Below are positions 53,083 to 62,325 of a stretch of 64,000 bases of DNA, one piece after another (the first letter of the stretch is position 1; the number at the start of each line of letters is the position of its first letter). Origin of the DNA: Patescibacteria group bacterium (lineage in GTDB: Bacteria; Patescibacteriota; Patescibacteriia; Patescibacteriales; UBA12465); contig JBAZJR010000003.1 in assembly GCA_041651195.1 (NCBI GenBank), positions 12,662-76,661 of the forward strand, written 5' to 3'. The notes beneath the pieces were generated by a model. That model was not told the DNA's origin and ran no database searches. It was given only the letters and a program-made list of their open reading frames with translations. Position numbers and translations under genes: made by a program.

Positions 53083-54095
53083 ATCAAGCCGTCTTTTACC
53101 TTCTGCTTTTCGTCATGCGCTACAGGACGGAAGCCGCTGACCGAAAGTAATTTTTCTAATTTTTGTATCGCCCCGTCTGATTTCAGGTCCGCTTCGTCCA
53201 AAGCCATGAGCAAGCTCCTTATTTCCGGCGTTAATTCCAAGAGCTCGAATAGTCCGATCTGTTTACGTCCCAGCCAGGCGGTTTTAGCGCGCGAACTTTT
53301 TAGTTTGGCCAGACGCTGGTTGATAATCAGCCGTAAGCTGTCGAATTTCAGGCGGCGCGGTAATTTGAGGGACTGGATCCGCGCTAAGACCGCCAAAGAG
53401 CTGATCGCGGTCATCGTGCCAAGCACCAGGCGGCCGGAAGCCGCCGCTCGCAAGGCATTCTTTAAAGCCTCTTCATCATCTAGATCATCAGCTAAGATTA
53501 TGTCGCTATCATGGTGCAGGATCTTTTCCCAATTCGCGGCGCGCGGCGCGAGAACGTTGACGCCCGGCAAATCAGCAGGCAGATTATCATCCAGGGCATA
53601 GATATTCATTGTCTGGCGATCCCAGAGATCGAGCAGAGAATAGAGAGTAGCGCTTTTGCCGGACTGCGGAGGCGAGCTGACGATGATCAGACCCGACCGC
53701 CAGCGAGTGATCTTATCTAAGGTTTTTTGGTCATTTTTTTGCAGCCCTAATTGGCTGAGCCGCCAGCGCCGGTTATCTTGGTTGATTAAGCTGATGATAA
53801 TCTTTTCTCCTTGGCCATCGGGCACGACAGTCAGGTAATAATGCCAGCGCCCCTCTTTATTGCCAGCCTTACGGTATTCATGCGATAGGAGGTCGCCCGG
53901 GGCGATAGCTAGTATCCGCTGTAAATTCGTAAAAAATTCTTGTTCTAATTTTTTTGGCAGGGCTAGAGCGCGCGTCGTATCATCAGGAAAATGGCAATCT
54001 AAAGATATCCGGTCATGCTTGTTGCCGATGACCAGGTGCTCCGCTCCTGCGGCGATCGCGTAATTGAAGAGATTGGCGACGATTTTTTGGCTCAT
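53079..54095 (-). CDS. GspE/PilB-like secretion ATPase homolog with degenerate catalytic motifs
   Basis: 338 aa, colinear with the type II/IV secretion ATPase core. GLIIVSSPPQSGKSATLYSLL corresponds to Walker A. NIYALDDNLP corresponds to the Asp box, DSDIILADDLDDEEAL to Walker B (GEIRD becomes DDLDD), and GRLVLGTMTAISS to the His box (TLHTN becomes TMTAI). The C-terminal Cys4 motif is absent. Confidence 0.65.
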   Translation of the reverse strand: MSQKIVANLFNYAIAAGAEHLVIGNKHDRISLDCHFPDDTTRALALPKKLEQEFFTNLQRILAIAPGDLLSHEYRKAGNKEGRWHYYLTVVPDGQGEKIIISLINQDNRRWRLSQLGLQKNDQKTLDKITRWRSGLIIVSSPPQSGKSATLYSLLDLWDRQTMNIYALDDNLPADLPGVNVLAPRAANWEKILHHDSDIILADDLDDEEALKNALRAAASGRLVLGTMTAISSLAVLARIQSLKLPRRLKFDSLRLIINQRLAKLKSSRAKTAWLGRKQIGLFELLELTPEIRSLLMALDEADLKSDGAIQKLEKLLSVSGFRPVAHDEKQKVKDGLI

Positions 54096-54196
54096 GCCTC
54101 TGAGATTAAGCGGTTTAACTGATCTTATTATAACATGGTTTTATATTATTTAAAAATATGATAAAATTGAGTTAAATTGATTATTTTTGTATTTTT

Positions 54197-54610
54197 ATGG
54201 CTTATTCCAATCTTTACGCCCGTTTTTATGTTCTAGCCGGACGCGCGGGCACTGCCTTGGCCGCAGTCTGGCATCTGCCGCCCAGCCGCTGGTATCTGGC
54301 CGCCATCGGCGGTCTGCAGATTATTGCCTGGCTGGAGTCTTTTTTTATCTATCATAATTTAGCTGATAATCTTTTGGTTTTGCATTATAACGTAGATTTT
54401 GGTATTGACCTGGTCGGTGCCGCTGGCCGGATCTTCTTTTATCCGCTTATCGGCCTGGGCATTTTAGCCTTGAACGCGGCTGTCGCGGCCGCGTTGTATC
54501 GGCAAAAAGATTTTCGGATCTTCGTCCATTTTCTATTTAGCGCAGCCTTGGTCTTCGCCATATTCTTAGATCTCGCCCTGTTCTTTGTCTATCTGATTAA
54601 CTTTCGTTAA
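54197..54610 (+). CDS. hypothetical polytopic membrane protein upstream of mraY
   Basis: 137 aa with about four hydrophobic segments and no motif recognised. Confidence 0.45.
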   Translation: MAYSNLYARFYVLAGRAGTALAAVWHLPPSRWYLAAIGGLQIIAWLESFFIYHNLADNLLVLHYNVDFGIDLVGAAGRIFFYPLIGLGILALNAAVAAALYRQKDFRIFVHFLFSAALVFAIFLDLALFFVYLINFR

Positions 54611-54616
54611 TTTCTT

Positions 54617-55666
54617 ATGACCGAATTTTACCTCGTGAAGATACTTTTCTTCTCTACCGTCTCTTTTATCTTTGCCGTCAGCGCCGCGCCCTTTTTAACC
54701 CATTATCTGTATAAGTATAAATTAGGCAAGAAAATCCGCCATAATGGCGCTACGCCGATCTTTACGGAGCTGCATGCCCACAAGGAGGGGACGCCGACGA
54801 TGGGCGGCGTCTTAATCTGGGGGACCGTGCTGATCTTTATCCTGCTGTTTTCTCTCTTGGCCAACCTTTGGCCGAATAGCTTATTCACGCATTTGGATTT
54901 CTTATCACGCTCGGAAACCTTATTGCCTCTTGGCGCTCTGGTCATTACCGCCTTGATCGGACTATTCGATGACTGGCTGGATGTCCGGGGCAAAGGTGTC
55001 TTGGGCGGCGGCGGCCTGCAGCTGCGTCATCGCCTCCTGCTTTATACGCTGATCGCGATCGTCGGCGCTCTCTGGTTTTATTTTAAGCTTGATTGGACGG
55101 TCTTCCATGTGCCGTTCTTCGGCAATTTTGAGATCGGCGCTTGGTATATTCCTGTCTTCATTTTCATCATCGTCGCGACCTCTTTTTCGGTCAACGAGAC
55201 AGACGGCTTGGATGGCCTCGCCGGCGGCACCCTGCTTATCGCTTTCGCCGCCTACGGCGTGATCGCTTATTCTCTGGAGCGCTATGATCTCGCGACTTTC
55301 TGCGGCGCGATCATCGGGGCGCTCCTCGCCTTCTTGTGGTTCAATATCCCGCCCGCCCGCTTTTATTTGGGCGATACCGGCTCGATGAGCTTGGGCGTGA
55401 CCCTGGGCATCATCGCGATGCTCACTAATAATTCGCTCCTCCTGGTCTTCATCGGCGTTATCTTTATCGTTGAATCCTTGTCGGTTATCATCCAGACTTT
55501 ATCCAAGAAATTGCGCGGCCGAAAAGTTTTCTTATCCACGCCGATCCACCATCATTACCAGGCGATCGGCTGGCCGGAAGCGAAGATCGTGATGCGCTCC
55601 TGGGTCGTGGCGGCGATCGGCACCGCGATCGCTCTCATCATCTTTCTCTTGGATCGTAAATTTTAA
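54617..55666 (+). CDS. mraY: phospho-N-acetylmuramoyl-pentapeptide transferase
   Basis: …GATPIFTELHAHKEGTPTMGG…GLFDDWLDV…NETDGLDGLAGG…FNIPPARFYLGDTGS…STPIHHHY. Confidence 0.95.
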   Translation: MTEFYLVKILFFSTVSFIFAVSAAPFLTHYLYKYKLGKKIRHNGATPIFTELHAHKEGTPTMGGVLIWGTVLIFILLFSLLANLWPNSLFTHLDFLSRSETLLPLGALVITALIGLFDDWLDVRGKGVLGGGGLQLRHRLLLYTLIAIVGALWFYFKLDWTVFHVPFFGNFEIGAWYIPVFIFIIVATSFSVNETDGLDGLAGGTLLIAFAAYGVIAYSLERYDLATFCGAIIGALLAFLWFNIPPARFYLGDTGSMSLGVTLGIIAMLTNNSLLLVFIGVIFIVESLSVIIQTLSKKLRGRKVFLSTPIHHHYQAIGWPEAKIVMRSWVVAAIGTAIALIIFLLDRKF

Positions 55667-55673
55667 GACTACC

Positions 55674-56828
55674 ATGCTCAAGCGATTGCGGAAAAAAATA
55701 GCGTCTGCCACGGGCGGCGGGCATGAACCGGATAGGAGCCTGTTAGCGGCCTTATTTGTTTTGATAATTTTTGGCCTCATCATGCTATTTAGCGCCTCTT
55801 CGATCGTTTCTTTTTCTCGCTACGGCAACACCTATCACTATCTGATCCGCCAGGTTTTCAGCTTAGCCATCGGTCTGGCTATTTTTTGGCTGGCGACGCG
55901 GGTCGATTATCATTGGTGGAAGAAATTTGCGAGTTTTTTCCTGTTCTTTTCCGTCATCCTTTTACTCTTGGTCTTTATCCCCGGTTTGCGCAGCGAATAC
56001 GGCACTGCCCGCAGCTGGATAAATATCTTCGGCCAGTCTTTCCAGCCGTCTGAACTTGTGAAGATCTCTTTCTTGATTTACCTATCGACTTGGTTGGAAG
56101 CGAAAAAAGGAGAACTGGGCAGTCTGACTGGCGGCGTCTTGCCATTTTTAGTCATCTTAGGCGTGATCAGCCTCTTGATGATTTTGCAGCCGGATTTAGG
56201 GACTCTCTTCATCATCGCCTTCACCGCCTTGGTCGTTTTTTTCGCCGGCGGCGGGAAAGTCGTCCATATCGTCATCGCTATCCTCTTGGCCGCGCTCGCC
56301 CTCTTCGCCTTAGTGAGCTGGAACTCCTCTTATCAGAGCGACCGCTTCAAGTGCCTGAAAGATCCTAATTATAGCTTGTTGGGGAAATGTTATCAGGTGA
56401 ACCAATCTTTGATCGCGGTCGGTTCCGGCGGACTCTTCGGACGCGGCTTGGGGCAGAGCCGGCAAAAATTTATGTATCTACCGGAAGTCTGGGGCGATTC
56501 GATATTTCCGATCATCGCGGAAGAAACCGGATTTTTATTCAGCGCTTTGTTAGTCTTGTTGTACTTGTTCATATTTTATCGCGGGCTCATCATCGCCCGC
56601 GGCGCGCCGGATATCTACGGCAGCACGTTAGCGATCGGCATCGTGACTTGGTTGGCCGTCCAGACTTTCTTGAATATCGGCGGGATGATCAATCTGATCC
56701 CGATGACGGGCGTCCCTTTGCCGTTCGTTTCCGCCGGCGGCTCCGCCGCCTTGTCTTCGCTCTTAGCAATGGGCATTTTAATCAATATCAGCCGGCAGAC
56801 TAAAGATGTCAGGCGATTACGCGGTTGA
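55674..56828 (+). CDS. ftsW: SEDS-family peptidoglycan glycosyltransferase FtsW (FtsW/RodA)
   Basis: 384 aa. …FQPSELVKISFLIYLS…LQPDLGT…LPEVWGDSIFPIIAEETGF…IPMTGVPLPFVSAGGSA. Confidence 0.9.
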   Translation: MLKRLRKKIASATGGGHEPDRSLLAALFVLIIFGLIMLFSASSIVSFSRYGNTYHYLIRQVFSLAIGLAIFWLATRVDYHWWKKFASFFLFFSVILLLLVFIPGLRSEYGTARSWINIFGQSFQPSELVKISFLIYLSTWLEAKKGELGSLTGGVLPFLVILGVISLLMILQPDLGTLFIIAFTALVVFFAGGGKVVHIVIAILLAALALFALVSWNSSYQSDRFKCLKDPNYSLLGKCYQVNQSLIAVGSGGLFGRGLGQSRQKFMYLPEVWGDSIFPIIAEETGFLFSALLVLLYLFIFYRGLIIARGAPDIYGSTLAIGIVTWLAVQTFLNIGGMINLIPMTGVPLPFVSAGGSAALSSLLAMGILINISRQTKDVRRLRG

Positions 56829-56830
56829 AT

Positions 56831-57949
56831 ATGATGGATATCAGATCGACAAGCAGAACGATTATTTTTAGCGGCGGCGGCACCGGCGGTTCCGTAACGC
56901 CGCTTTTGGCCGTAGCCGAGGAATTAGCCCGGGAAGATGAGAATAAAGATCTAAATTTTGTTTTTGTCGGCACGAAAAGCGGGCCGGAACAAGAAATGGT
57001 CTCGGCTTTCAACCGCGATATCGCTCCGTTGCGCTTTATCCCGCTTATCAGCGGCAAATGGCGGCGTTACTTTTCGATTCGTAATATCTTGGATATTTTC
57101 AAGGTAGCGGCGGCCTGGTTTAAGTCTTTCCGTATCTTGGCCGAGCTGGCACCAGACTTAGTGGTGAGCGCCGGCGCTTTCGTCAGCGTGCCCTTGGTCT
57201 GGGCGGCGGCTTTTAAGAAAATCCCGATTTTGATCCATCAGCAGGACGTCCGGCCGGGTTTGGCTAATAAGCTGATGGCGCCTTTCGCCCGGACGATCAC
57301 GGTCACTTTTGAAAAATCACTCTTAGATTATGGCCCTCGCGCCGTCTTGGCGGGCAATCCGGTCGGCCGTTTGAAACTGGATAACGATGACGCGTCGCGT
57401 CGCGCCCTAAAGGAACGCTACGGCTTGGCCAGCAACCATCCCCTGGTCTTGGTTATCGGCGGCGGAACCGGCGCGACAGCGATCAATAAGCTGATTTTCA
57501 GCGCCGCGGCCGAGCTGACAAAAAATTGCCAGGTCTTCCATCTGACCGGCAAAGGGAAATTGCCGTCTGCCAAGATTAACTTTGCCCGTTATCAAGCTTA
57601 TGATTTTTTGCCTAATGAAGAAGTCCTCGCCTTGATGTCGGCCGCGGATCTGGTTATTTCGCGCTGCGGCTTAGCGACCCTGAGCGAATTGGCGACCCTG
57701 CAGAAAGCCGCTATCCTCATTCCGCTACCGGATTCGCATCAGGAAGATAACGCCGCCGTGTTCATTAAGGCGCCAGCAGCGGTAGTCTTGCCGCAGGCAG
57801 GGTTAGCGCCTGATCAGTTAGTCGCTGAAGTGCGGGGCATATTAGATGATCGGCCGGTTCGGGCCACTTTAGAAAATAATATCGGTAAAGTCATGAAACG
57901 CGGCGCGGCCGAAACCATAGCCGGCATCATCTGGGAGATTATAAAATAA
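56831..57949 (+). CDS. murG: UDP-N-acetylglucosamine--LPS-independent lipid I GlcNAc transferase MurG
   Basis: The track ORF begins at a TTG at 56825; the first ATG is at 56831. IIFSGGGTGGSVTPLLAVAEEL…HQQDVRPGLANK…VIGGGTGA…LISRCGLATLSELA. Confidence 0.9.
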   Translation: MMDIRSTSRTIIFSGGGTGGSVTPLLAVAEELAREDENKDLNFVFVGTKSGPEQEMVSAFNRDIAPLRFIPLISGKWRRYFSIRNILDIFKVAAAWFKSFRILAELAPDLVVSAGAFVSVPLVWAAAFKKIPILIHQQDVRPGLANKLMAPFARTITVTFEKSLLDYGPRAVLAGNPVGRLKLDNDDASRRALKERYGLASNHPLVLVIGGGTGATAINKLIFSAAAELTKNCQVFHLTGKGKLPSAKINFARYQAYDFLPNEEVLALMSAADLVISRCGLATLSELATLQKAAILIPLPDSHQEDNAAVFIKAPAAVVLPQAGLAPDQLVAEVRGILDDRPVRATLENNIGKVMKRGAAETIAGIIWEIIK

Positions 57950-57957
57950 CAGGCCTT

Positions 57958-59388
57958 ATGTCCAAAAAATTAGTTAAAACAAAAAATATCTATTTCATCG
58001 GCCTCAAAGGCGTCGGCATGACGATGCTCGCGCAGTTTTTGGCGGCGCAAGGGAATAGGATATCAGGTTCCGACGTTAAAGATGTCTTTCTGACAGATAA
58101 TGTCTTAAGCGAGGCGAAGATCAAAATCGCCTCCCCGTTCCACCCTTCAAATATCCCGGACAAAATCGATAAGATAATCTATTCTTCCGCTTATAACGAG
58201 AAAAATAATTCGGAGATGGCTTTCATCAGGGCTAATCCGGCGCGTTTTAAAAAAATCAAGATCCAGTCCTACGCCGCTGCCCTCGGTGAAGCTTTCAATC
58301 AATATTATGGCGTTGCGGTTTGCGGCAGCCACGGCAAGACCACGACTACGGCTTGGCTCGGCTATGTCTTATGGAAAGCGGGCCAGCGGCCTAATGTCTT
58401 GGTCGGTTCGCGCGTCCCGCAATTTAAGGGGAGCAGCTTGCAAGGCGCCTCTCAATATTTTATTGCCGAGACGGACGAATACCAGAACAAGCTGCAGTAT
58501 TTCAAGCCGCGCGGCGTCGTCTTGAATAATATCGACTATGATCATCCGGATTTTTTTACGACCAAGGCTAGCTATACGAAAGTCTTTGTCGATTTTCTAA
58601 AAAAAGTTCCGGCCAGCGGATTTTTGGTCTTAAATCAGCATGATGCGGAGAGCCAAAAGATAAAAAAATATTGCGCCGGAAAAATAATCAGTTATGGCCT
58701 AGTCACCGGATCCTATGGCGCGGGCGCCGATTATCTGGCTTACGATCTGAAAATCCAGAACGGCCGGCAATCCTTCCAGCTCTGTTACCGCGGAGAAAGC
58801 GTGGGAGAATTCAAGATCAGCTTGTGGGGCGGACATAATATTTTGAACGCTTTAGCCGTCATCGCCGCGGCACATCACCTCGGCGTGTCTTTCGCCACGA
58901 TCAAAAAGCATCTCTCTGGGTTTACCGGGACAGAACGTCGCGCCCAGGTCCTTGGATATTATAAGGGGGCTTTGATTATCGACGACTATGCGCATCACCC
59001 GACAGAAATCCTAGCTACTTTAGAAGGAGTGCGCGCCCGTTATCCTCAGAAAAATTTGATCACAGTTTTCCATCCCCACACTTTTACCCGCACCAAGGCG
59101 CTATTTGCCGATTTTATCCGGAGCTTTTCCGGCGCCAATGAACTCATCATCTTAGATATCTACGGTTCAGCGCGCGAAAAACAAGGCGGCGTTTCCAGCC
59201 GGCAATTAGTGTCCGCTATCAAGCGCTTCAACCAAAAGCATCAGATCAAGCAGTCGGTCCGCCATATTTCTGCCATTCCGGCGGCCACGGCTTATCTCAG
59301 GGGCCGCCTAAGATCTGATGATCTTTTACTGCTCATGGGCGCCGGCGACGTCTTCCGGATCGGGGAGAAACTCCTCAAAAAATTGTAA
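57958..59388 (+). CDS. murC: UDP-N-acetylmuramate--L-alanine ligase
   Basis: IYFIGLKGVGMTMLAQFLAAQGNRISGSD…VAVCGSHGKTTTTAWL…DDYAHHPTEI. Confidence 0.92.
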   Translation: MSKKLVKTKNIYFIGLKGVGMTMLAQFLAAQGNRISGSDVKDVFLTDNVLSEAKIKIASPFHPSNIPDKIDKIIYSSAYNEKNNSEMAFIRANPARFKKIKIQSYAAALGEAFNQYYGVAVCGSHGKTTTTAWLGYVLWKAGQRPNVLVGSRVPQFKGSSLQGASQYFIAETDEYQNKLQYFKPRGVVLNNIDYDHPDFFTTKASYTKVFVDFLKKVPASGFLVLNQHDAESQKIKKYCAGKIISYGLVTGSYGAGADYLAYDLKIQNGRQSFQLCYRGESVGEFKISLWGGHNILNALAVIAAAHHLGVSFATIKKHLSGFTGTERRAQVLGYYKGALIIDDYAHHPTEILATLEGVRARYPQKNLITVFHPHTFTRTKALFADFIRSFSGANELIILDIYGSAREKQGGVSSRQLVSAIKRFNQKHQIKQSVRHISAIPAATAYLRGRLRSDDLLLLMGAGDVFRIGEKLLKKL

Positions 59389-59452
59389 CGTTTTGCTAAT
59401 TTTACCGTATATTATAGTAGAGGTTTGGTAAAAACCCATCTTTTTTCTGTTT

Positions 59453-61243
59453 ATGGCTCATAAAATAGATACGACAATCGATAAGGCTAGTATTCCCTGG
59501 AAATTATTTTGGGTAGAGCTTTGGCGTTTCTTGAAGCCTTTCCGGAAGTATTTCGCCGTGATCATCACGGTGATGATCATCTCCGCGCTTTTAGATCTGG
59601 CTTCGCCTTATATCCTGAAGCTGGTGATCGACAGCCTGAACGGCTTTGATCTGGATAATCTGGCCGTACTCTTGAAATTGATCATCCTTTATTTCGTTTC
59701 CGAAGAGGTGAGCGTCGTGGTCGGTTATTTTGGCGATCGGAAGATCCTCCGCCTCTTAGTGGATGTTGAATATAATCTTGGCATCAAGGCCCAAGAGAAG
59801 CTGGTCGCTTTAAGCCTGGGTTATCATGAGCGGGAAAATACCGGCTCGAAGATCGTCCGGATCGAAAGAGGGATAGATAAGATTTCTGAGTTCCTAAATA
59901 ATATCTGCTGGGAGGTCGGGCCGACCCTGATCCGCCTGATTATGACGCTCGCGGCCCTGTTCTGGGCAGACTGGCGCATCGGCCTGTCATTTATGATCGT
60001 CGCGCCGCTCTATGTCGCTGTGACTTTCCTGGCTAATCGGCGGATGTATCCGATCCGCAAACAGATCTACCGCGATTACGAAACGGCGAGCGGCAAGATG
60101 GGCCAAGCGATCATCAATATCAACGCCGTCCAATCTTTCGTGCAAGAGAAGCGCGAGCTTTCAGAATTTGATAAGATTAAGACCCATGTCCGCGAGAATG
60201 AAGATCGGCAATGGGGCTGGATGATGAAGGTCGGCTTAGGCCGCAACACGCTCGCCAATATCGGGCGCTTCGCCGTCCTCTTTTTAGGCGTCTATCTGGT
60301 CTACAAGAATAGCATGACGATCGGCACCCTGATCTTTGCTTTCACGCTTAGCGAAAAAGCTTATAGTTCCTTATTACGCCTGTCGCGCTTCTATGATCGG
60401 ATGGAAGAAGGGCGGGAAGGCGTCGCCCGGCTATTAGCGCTGTTCAAAGCGGAGAGCGAGATCATTAATAAGCCGCGCGCCCATAAGCCGAAGACGATTA
60501 TCGGAGAAATAAAATTTTCTGATGTTGCTTTCTATTACGGCGATAATAAACGTCCGGCCGTGAGCAAATTGAATTTCAAGATCAATTCCGGCTGCGTCAC
60601 CGCCCTGGTCGGTCCGTCGGGCGGCGGGAAGACGACAGTCGCCCGGCTCATCTATCGCCATTACGATCCGCAGGCAGGCCAGGTCTTATTGGATGACCGC
60701 GATCTGCGCGATTATGACCTGCACGCTTTCCGGAAATTTTTAGCCATCGTGCCGCAGGAAGTAGAAATTTTTGATCTGAGCGTGGCCGAAAATATTGCTT
60801 ATGCCCGGCCGAGCGCCAGCCGGAAGGAAATCGAGGCGGCCGCACGGATCGCTAATGCCGCGGAATTTATTGATAAGTTAGAACAAGGCTATGAGACGAT
60901 GGTCGGCGAACGAGGCATCAAGCTTTCCGGCGGCCAACGCCAGCGCGTCGGCATCGCTCGCGCCGTCCTAGCTAACCCGCGGGTCTTGATTTTTGATGAA
61001 GCGACTTCCAATCTAGACAGCCAGAGCGAAATCTTGATCCAGGATGCGATCGAGAAGATCAGCCAGAATCGGACCATGATCATCATCGCGCACCGCTTGA
61101 GCACGATCAAACGCGCCGATAAGATTATCGTGCTCGAAAACGGCCGGGTAGCGGAGGAGGGGAGCCATCTGGAGCTGGCGAGAGTAGATGGCGGCCTATA
61201 TGCCAAACTTTTGAAGTTACAGGCTTTAGGCGCGGTAGAATAA
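59453..61243 (+). CDS. ABC exporter, fused permease/ATPase (MsbA/ABCB-type)
   Basis: 596 aa. Six-TM N-terminal half. Walker A GPSGGGKTT, signature LSGGQRQRVGIARAVL, Walker B VLIFDEATSNLD, and H-loop IIIAHRLST. Confidence 0.9.
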   Translation: MAHKIDTTIDKASIPWKLFWVELWRFLKPFRKYFAVIITVMIISALLDLASPYILKLVIDSLNGFDLDNLAVLLKLIILYFVSEEVSVVVGYFGDRKILRLLVDVEYNLGIKAQEKLVALSLGYHERENTGSKIVRIERGIDKISEFLNNICWEVGPTLIRLIMTLAALFWADWRIGLSFMIVAPLYVAVTFLANRRMYPIRKQIYRDYETASGKMGQAIININAVQSFVQEKRELSEFDKIKTHVRENEDRQWGWMMKVGLGRNTLANIGRFAVLFLGVYLVYKNSMTIGTLIFAFTLSEKAYSSLLRLSRFYDRMEEGREGVARLLALFKAESEIINKPRAHKPKTIIGEIKFSDVAFYYGDNKRPAVSKLNFKINSGCVTALVGPSGGGKTTVARLIYRHYDPQAGQVLLDDRDLRDYDLHAFRKFLAIVPQEVEIFDLSVAENIAYARPSASRKEIEAAARIANAAEFIDKLEQGYETMVGERGIKLSGGQRQRVGIARAVLANPRVLIFDEATSNLDSQSEILIQDAIEKISQNRTMIIIAHRLSTIKRADKIIVLENGRVAEEGSHLELARVDGGLYAKLLKLQALGAVE

Positions 61244-61277
61244 TGACTTTTCGTTTATTTTAACCTATAATTAAGCC

Positions 61278-62297
61278 ATGCTGAAGATAGAAAAAAACGT
61301 GCTTTTAGCTCCTTATACAACCCTGAAAATCGGCTTGGCGGCCGAATTTTTTGCCGTTATCAAGAGCCGGACAGAGCTTTTAGAAGCGATCGGTTGGGCG
61401 AAGAGCCATAAAAAAACTTTATGGATCTTGGGCGGCGGTTCTAACGTCTTGATTTCGAAGATGGTTAAGGGGTTGGTCTTAAAGAACGAGATCAAGGGCA
61501 TGGAAGTCTTAGAACGGGCTGATGACTATGCTTTAGTTGAAGCCAAATCCGGAGAGAATTGGACGAAGTTCGTTAATTTCACGGTTAAGGAGAAACTCTA
61601 TGGCCTAGAAAATCTTTTTTTGATTTATGGGACGGTCGGCGCCGCGCCGGTCCAGAATATTGGCGCTTACGGCGTGGAGCTGAAAGACCATTTTTATCAT
61701 TTGAAAGCGATCGACCTCAAGACCGGACACGAAAAGATCTTTTCTAAGAAAGATTGCCGCTTCGCTTATCGGGATAGTGTCTTTAAGAACCGTTTGAAAG
61801 GGAAATATTTTATTTATTCCGTTGTCGTGAAGTTAAGCCGGAAGCCGGAATTGAAGTTAGATTATGGGTCGATTCGTTCGGAACTCGACCGGCGCGGAGT
61901 CGCTAAGCCAGGTCTACAGGATGTGATCAGGGTCATCGGCGAAATCCGGACTAATAAATTGCCTAACCCTGGGGTCCTGCCGAATGTCGGTTCTTTCTTT
62001 AAGAATCCAGAGATCAGCACCACCCGCTTCAAGGCTTTACAAAAAAAATATCCGGAATTACCCAATTGGCCGCTTCCCAAAGGTGGCTTTAAAGTTTCCG
62101 CGGCTTGGTTGATCGAGGCAGCCGGTTTTAAGGGTAAGCAAGTGGACCAGGTGAGCATGTACGAAAAACAGGCTCTGATCCTGGTAAACCACGGCGGTGC
62201 CGACGCCAAAGCCGTCCTCGCCCTGATTAAGAAATTGAAAGCCGCCATCAAGAAAAAGTTCGGCCTTGATTTAGAGGAAGAAGTTAATATAATATAG
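61278..62297 (+). CDS. murB: UDP-N-acetylenolpyruvoylglucosamine reductase
   Basis: …LAPYTTLKIGLAAEFF…WILGGGSNVLI…GTVGAAPVQNIGAYGVE…CRFAYRDSVFK…VGSFFKNP. Confidence 0.92.
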   Translation: MLKIEKNVLLAPYTTLKIGLAAEFFAVIKSRTELLEAIGWAKSHKKTLWILGGGSNVLISKMVKGLVLKNEIKGMEVLERADDYALVEAKSGENWTKFVNFTVKEKLYGLENLFLIYGTVGAAPVQNIGAYGVELKDHFYHLKAIDLKTGHEKIFSKKDCRFAYRDSVFKNRLKGKYFIYSVVVKLSRKPELKLDYGSIRSELDRRGVAKPGLQDVIRVIGEIRTNKLPNPGVLPNVGSFFKNPEISTTRFKALQKKYPELPNWPLPKGGFKVSAAWLIEAAGFKGKQVDQVSMYEKQALILVNHGGADAKAVLALIKKLKAAIKKKFGLDLEEEVNII

Positions 62298-62325
62298 GGA
62301 GATAAAGATAAGCCTATGACACACG

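Noticed and set aside
52900-53601. 233-aa plus-strand ORF, and many other 60-185-aa ORFs antisense to confident genes (for example 11755..12312, 9669..10061, 13345..13761, 45612..46088, 48886..49368, 25425..25799, 63033..63350)
   Set aside because: All of them lie entirely inside, and opposite to, long ORFs with strong family motifs. Their products are low-complexity and rich in Arg, Ser and Pro, and they lack start-site context. They are typical shadow ORFs of GC-richer coding sequence.
55532-55540. DnaA-box-like TTATCCACG, and the two divergent intergenic regions (6933-7078 and 54096-54196) as a possible oriC
   Set aside because: The box is a single copy inside the mraY coding sequence. 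Neither divergent spacer contains DnaA-box clusters, and dnaA and dnaN are absent from the window.
59389-59452. Terminator or promoter between murC and the ABC exporter (ggttt…aaacc followed by a T-run)
   Set aside because: The stem is only 5 bp and AT-poor support is lacking. The candidate -35/-10 spacing (14 nt) is off. This is too weak to call.
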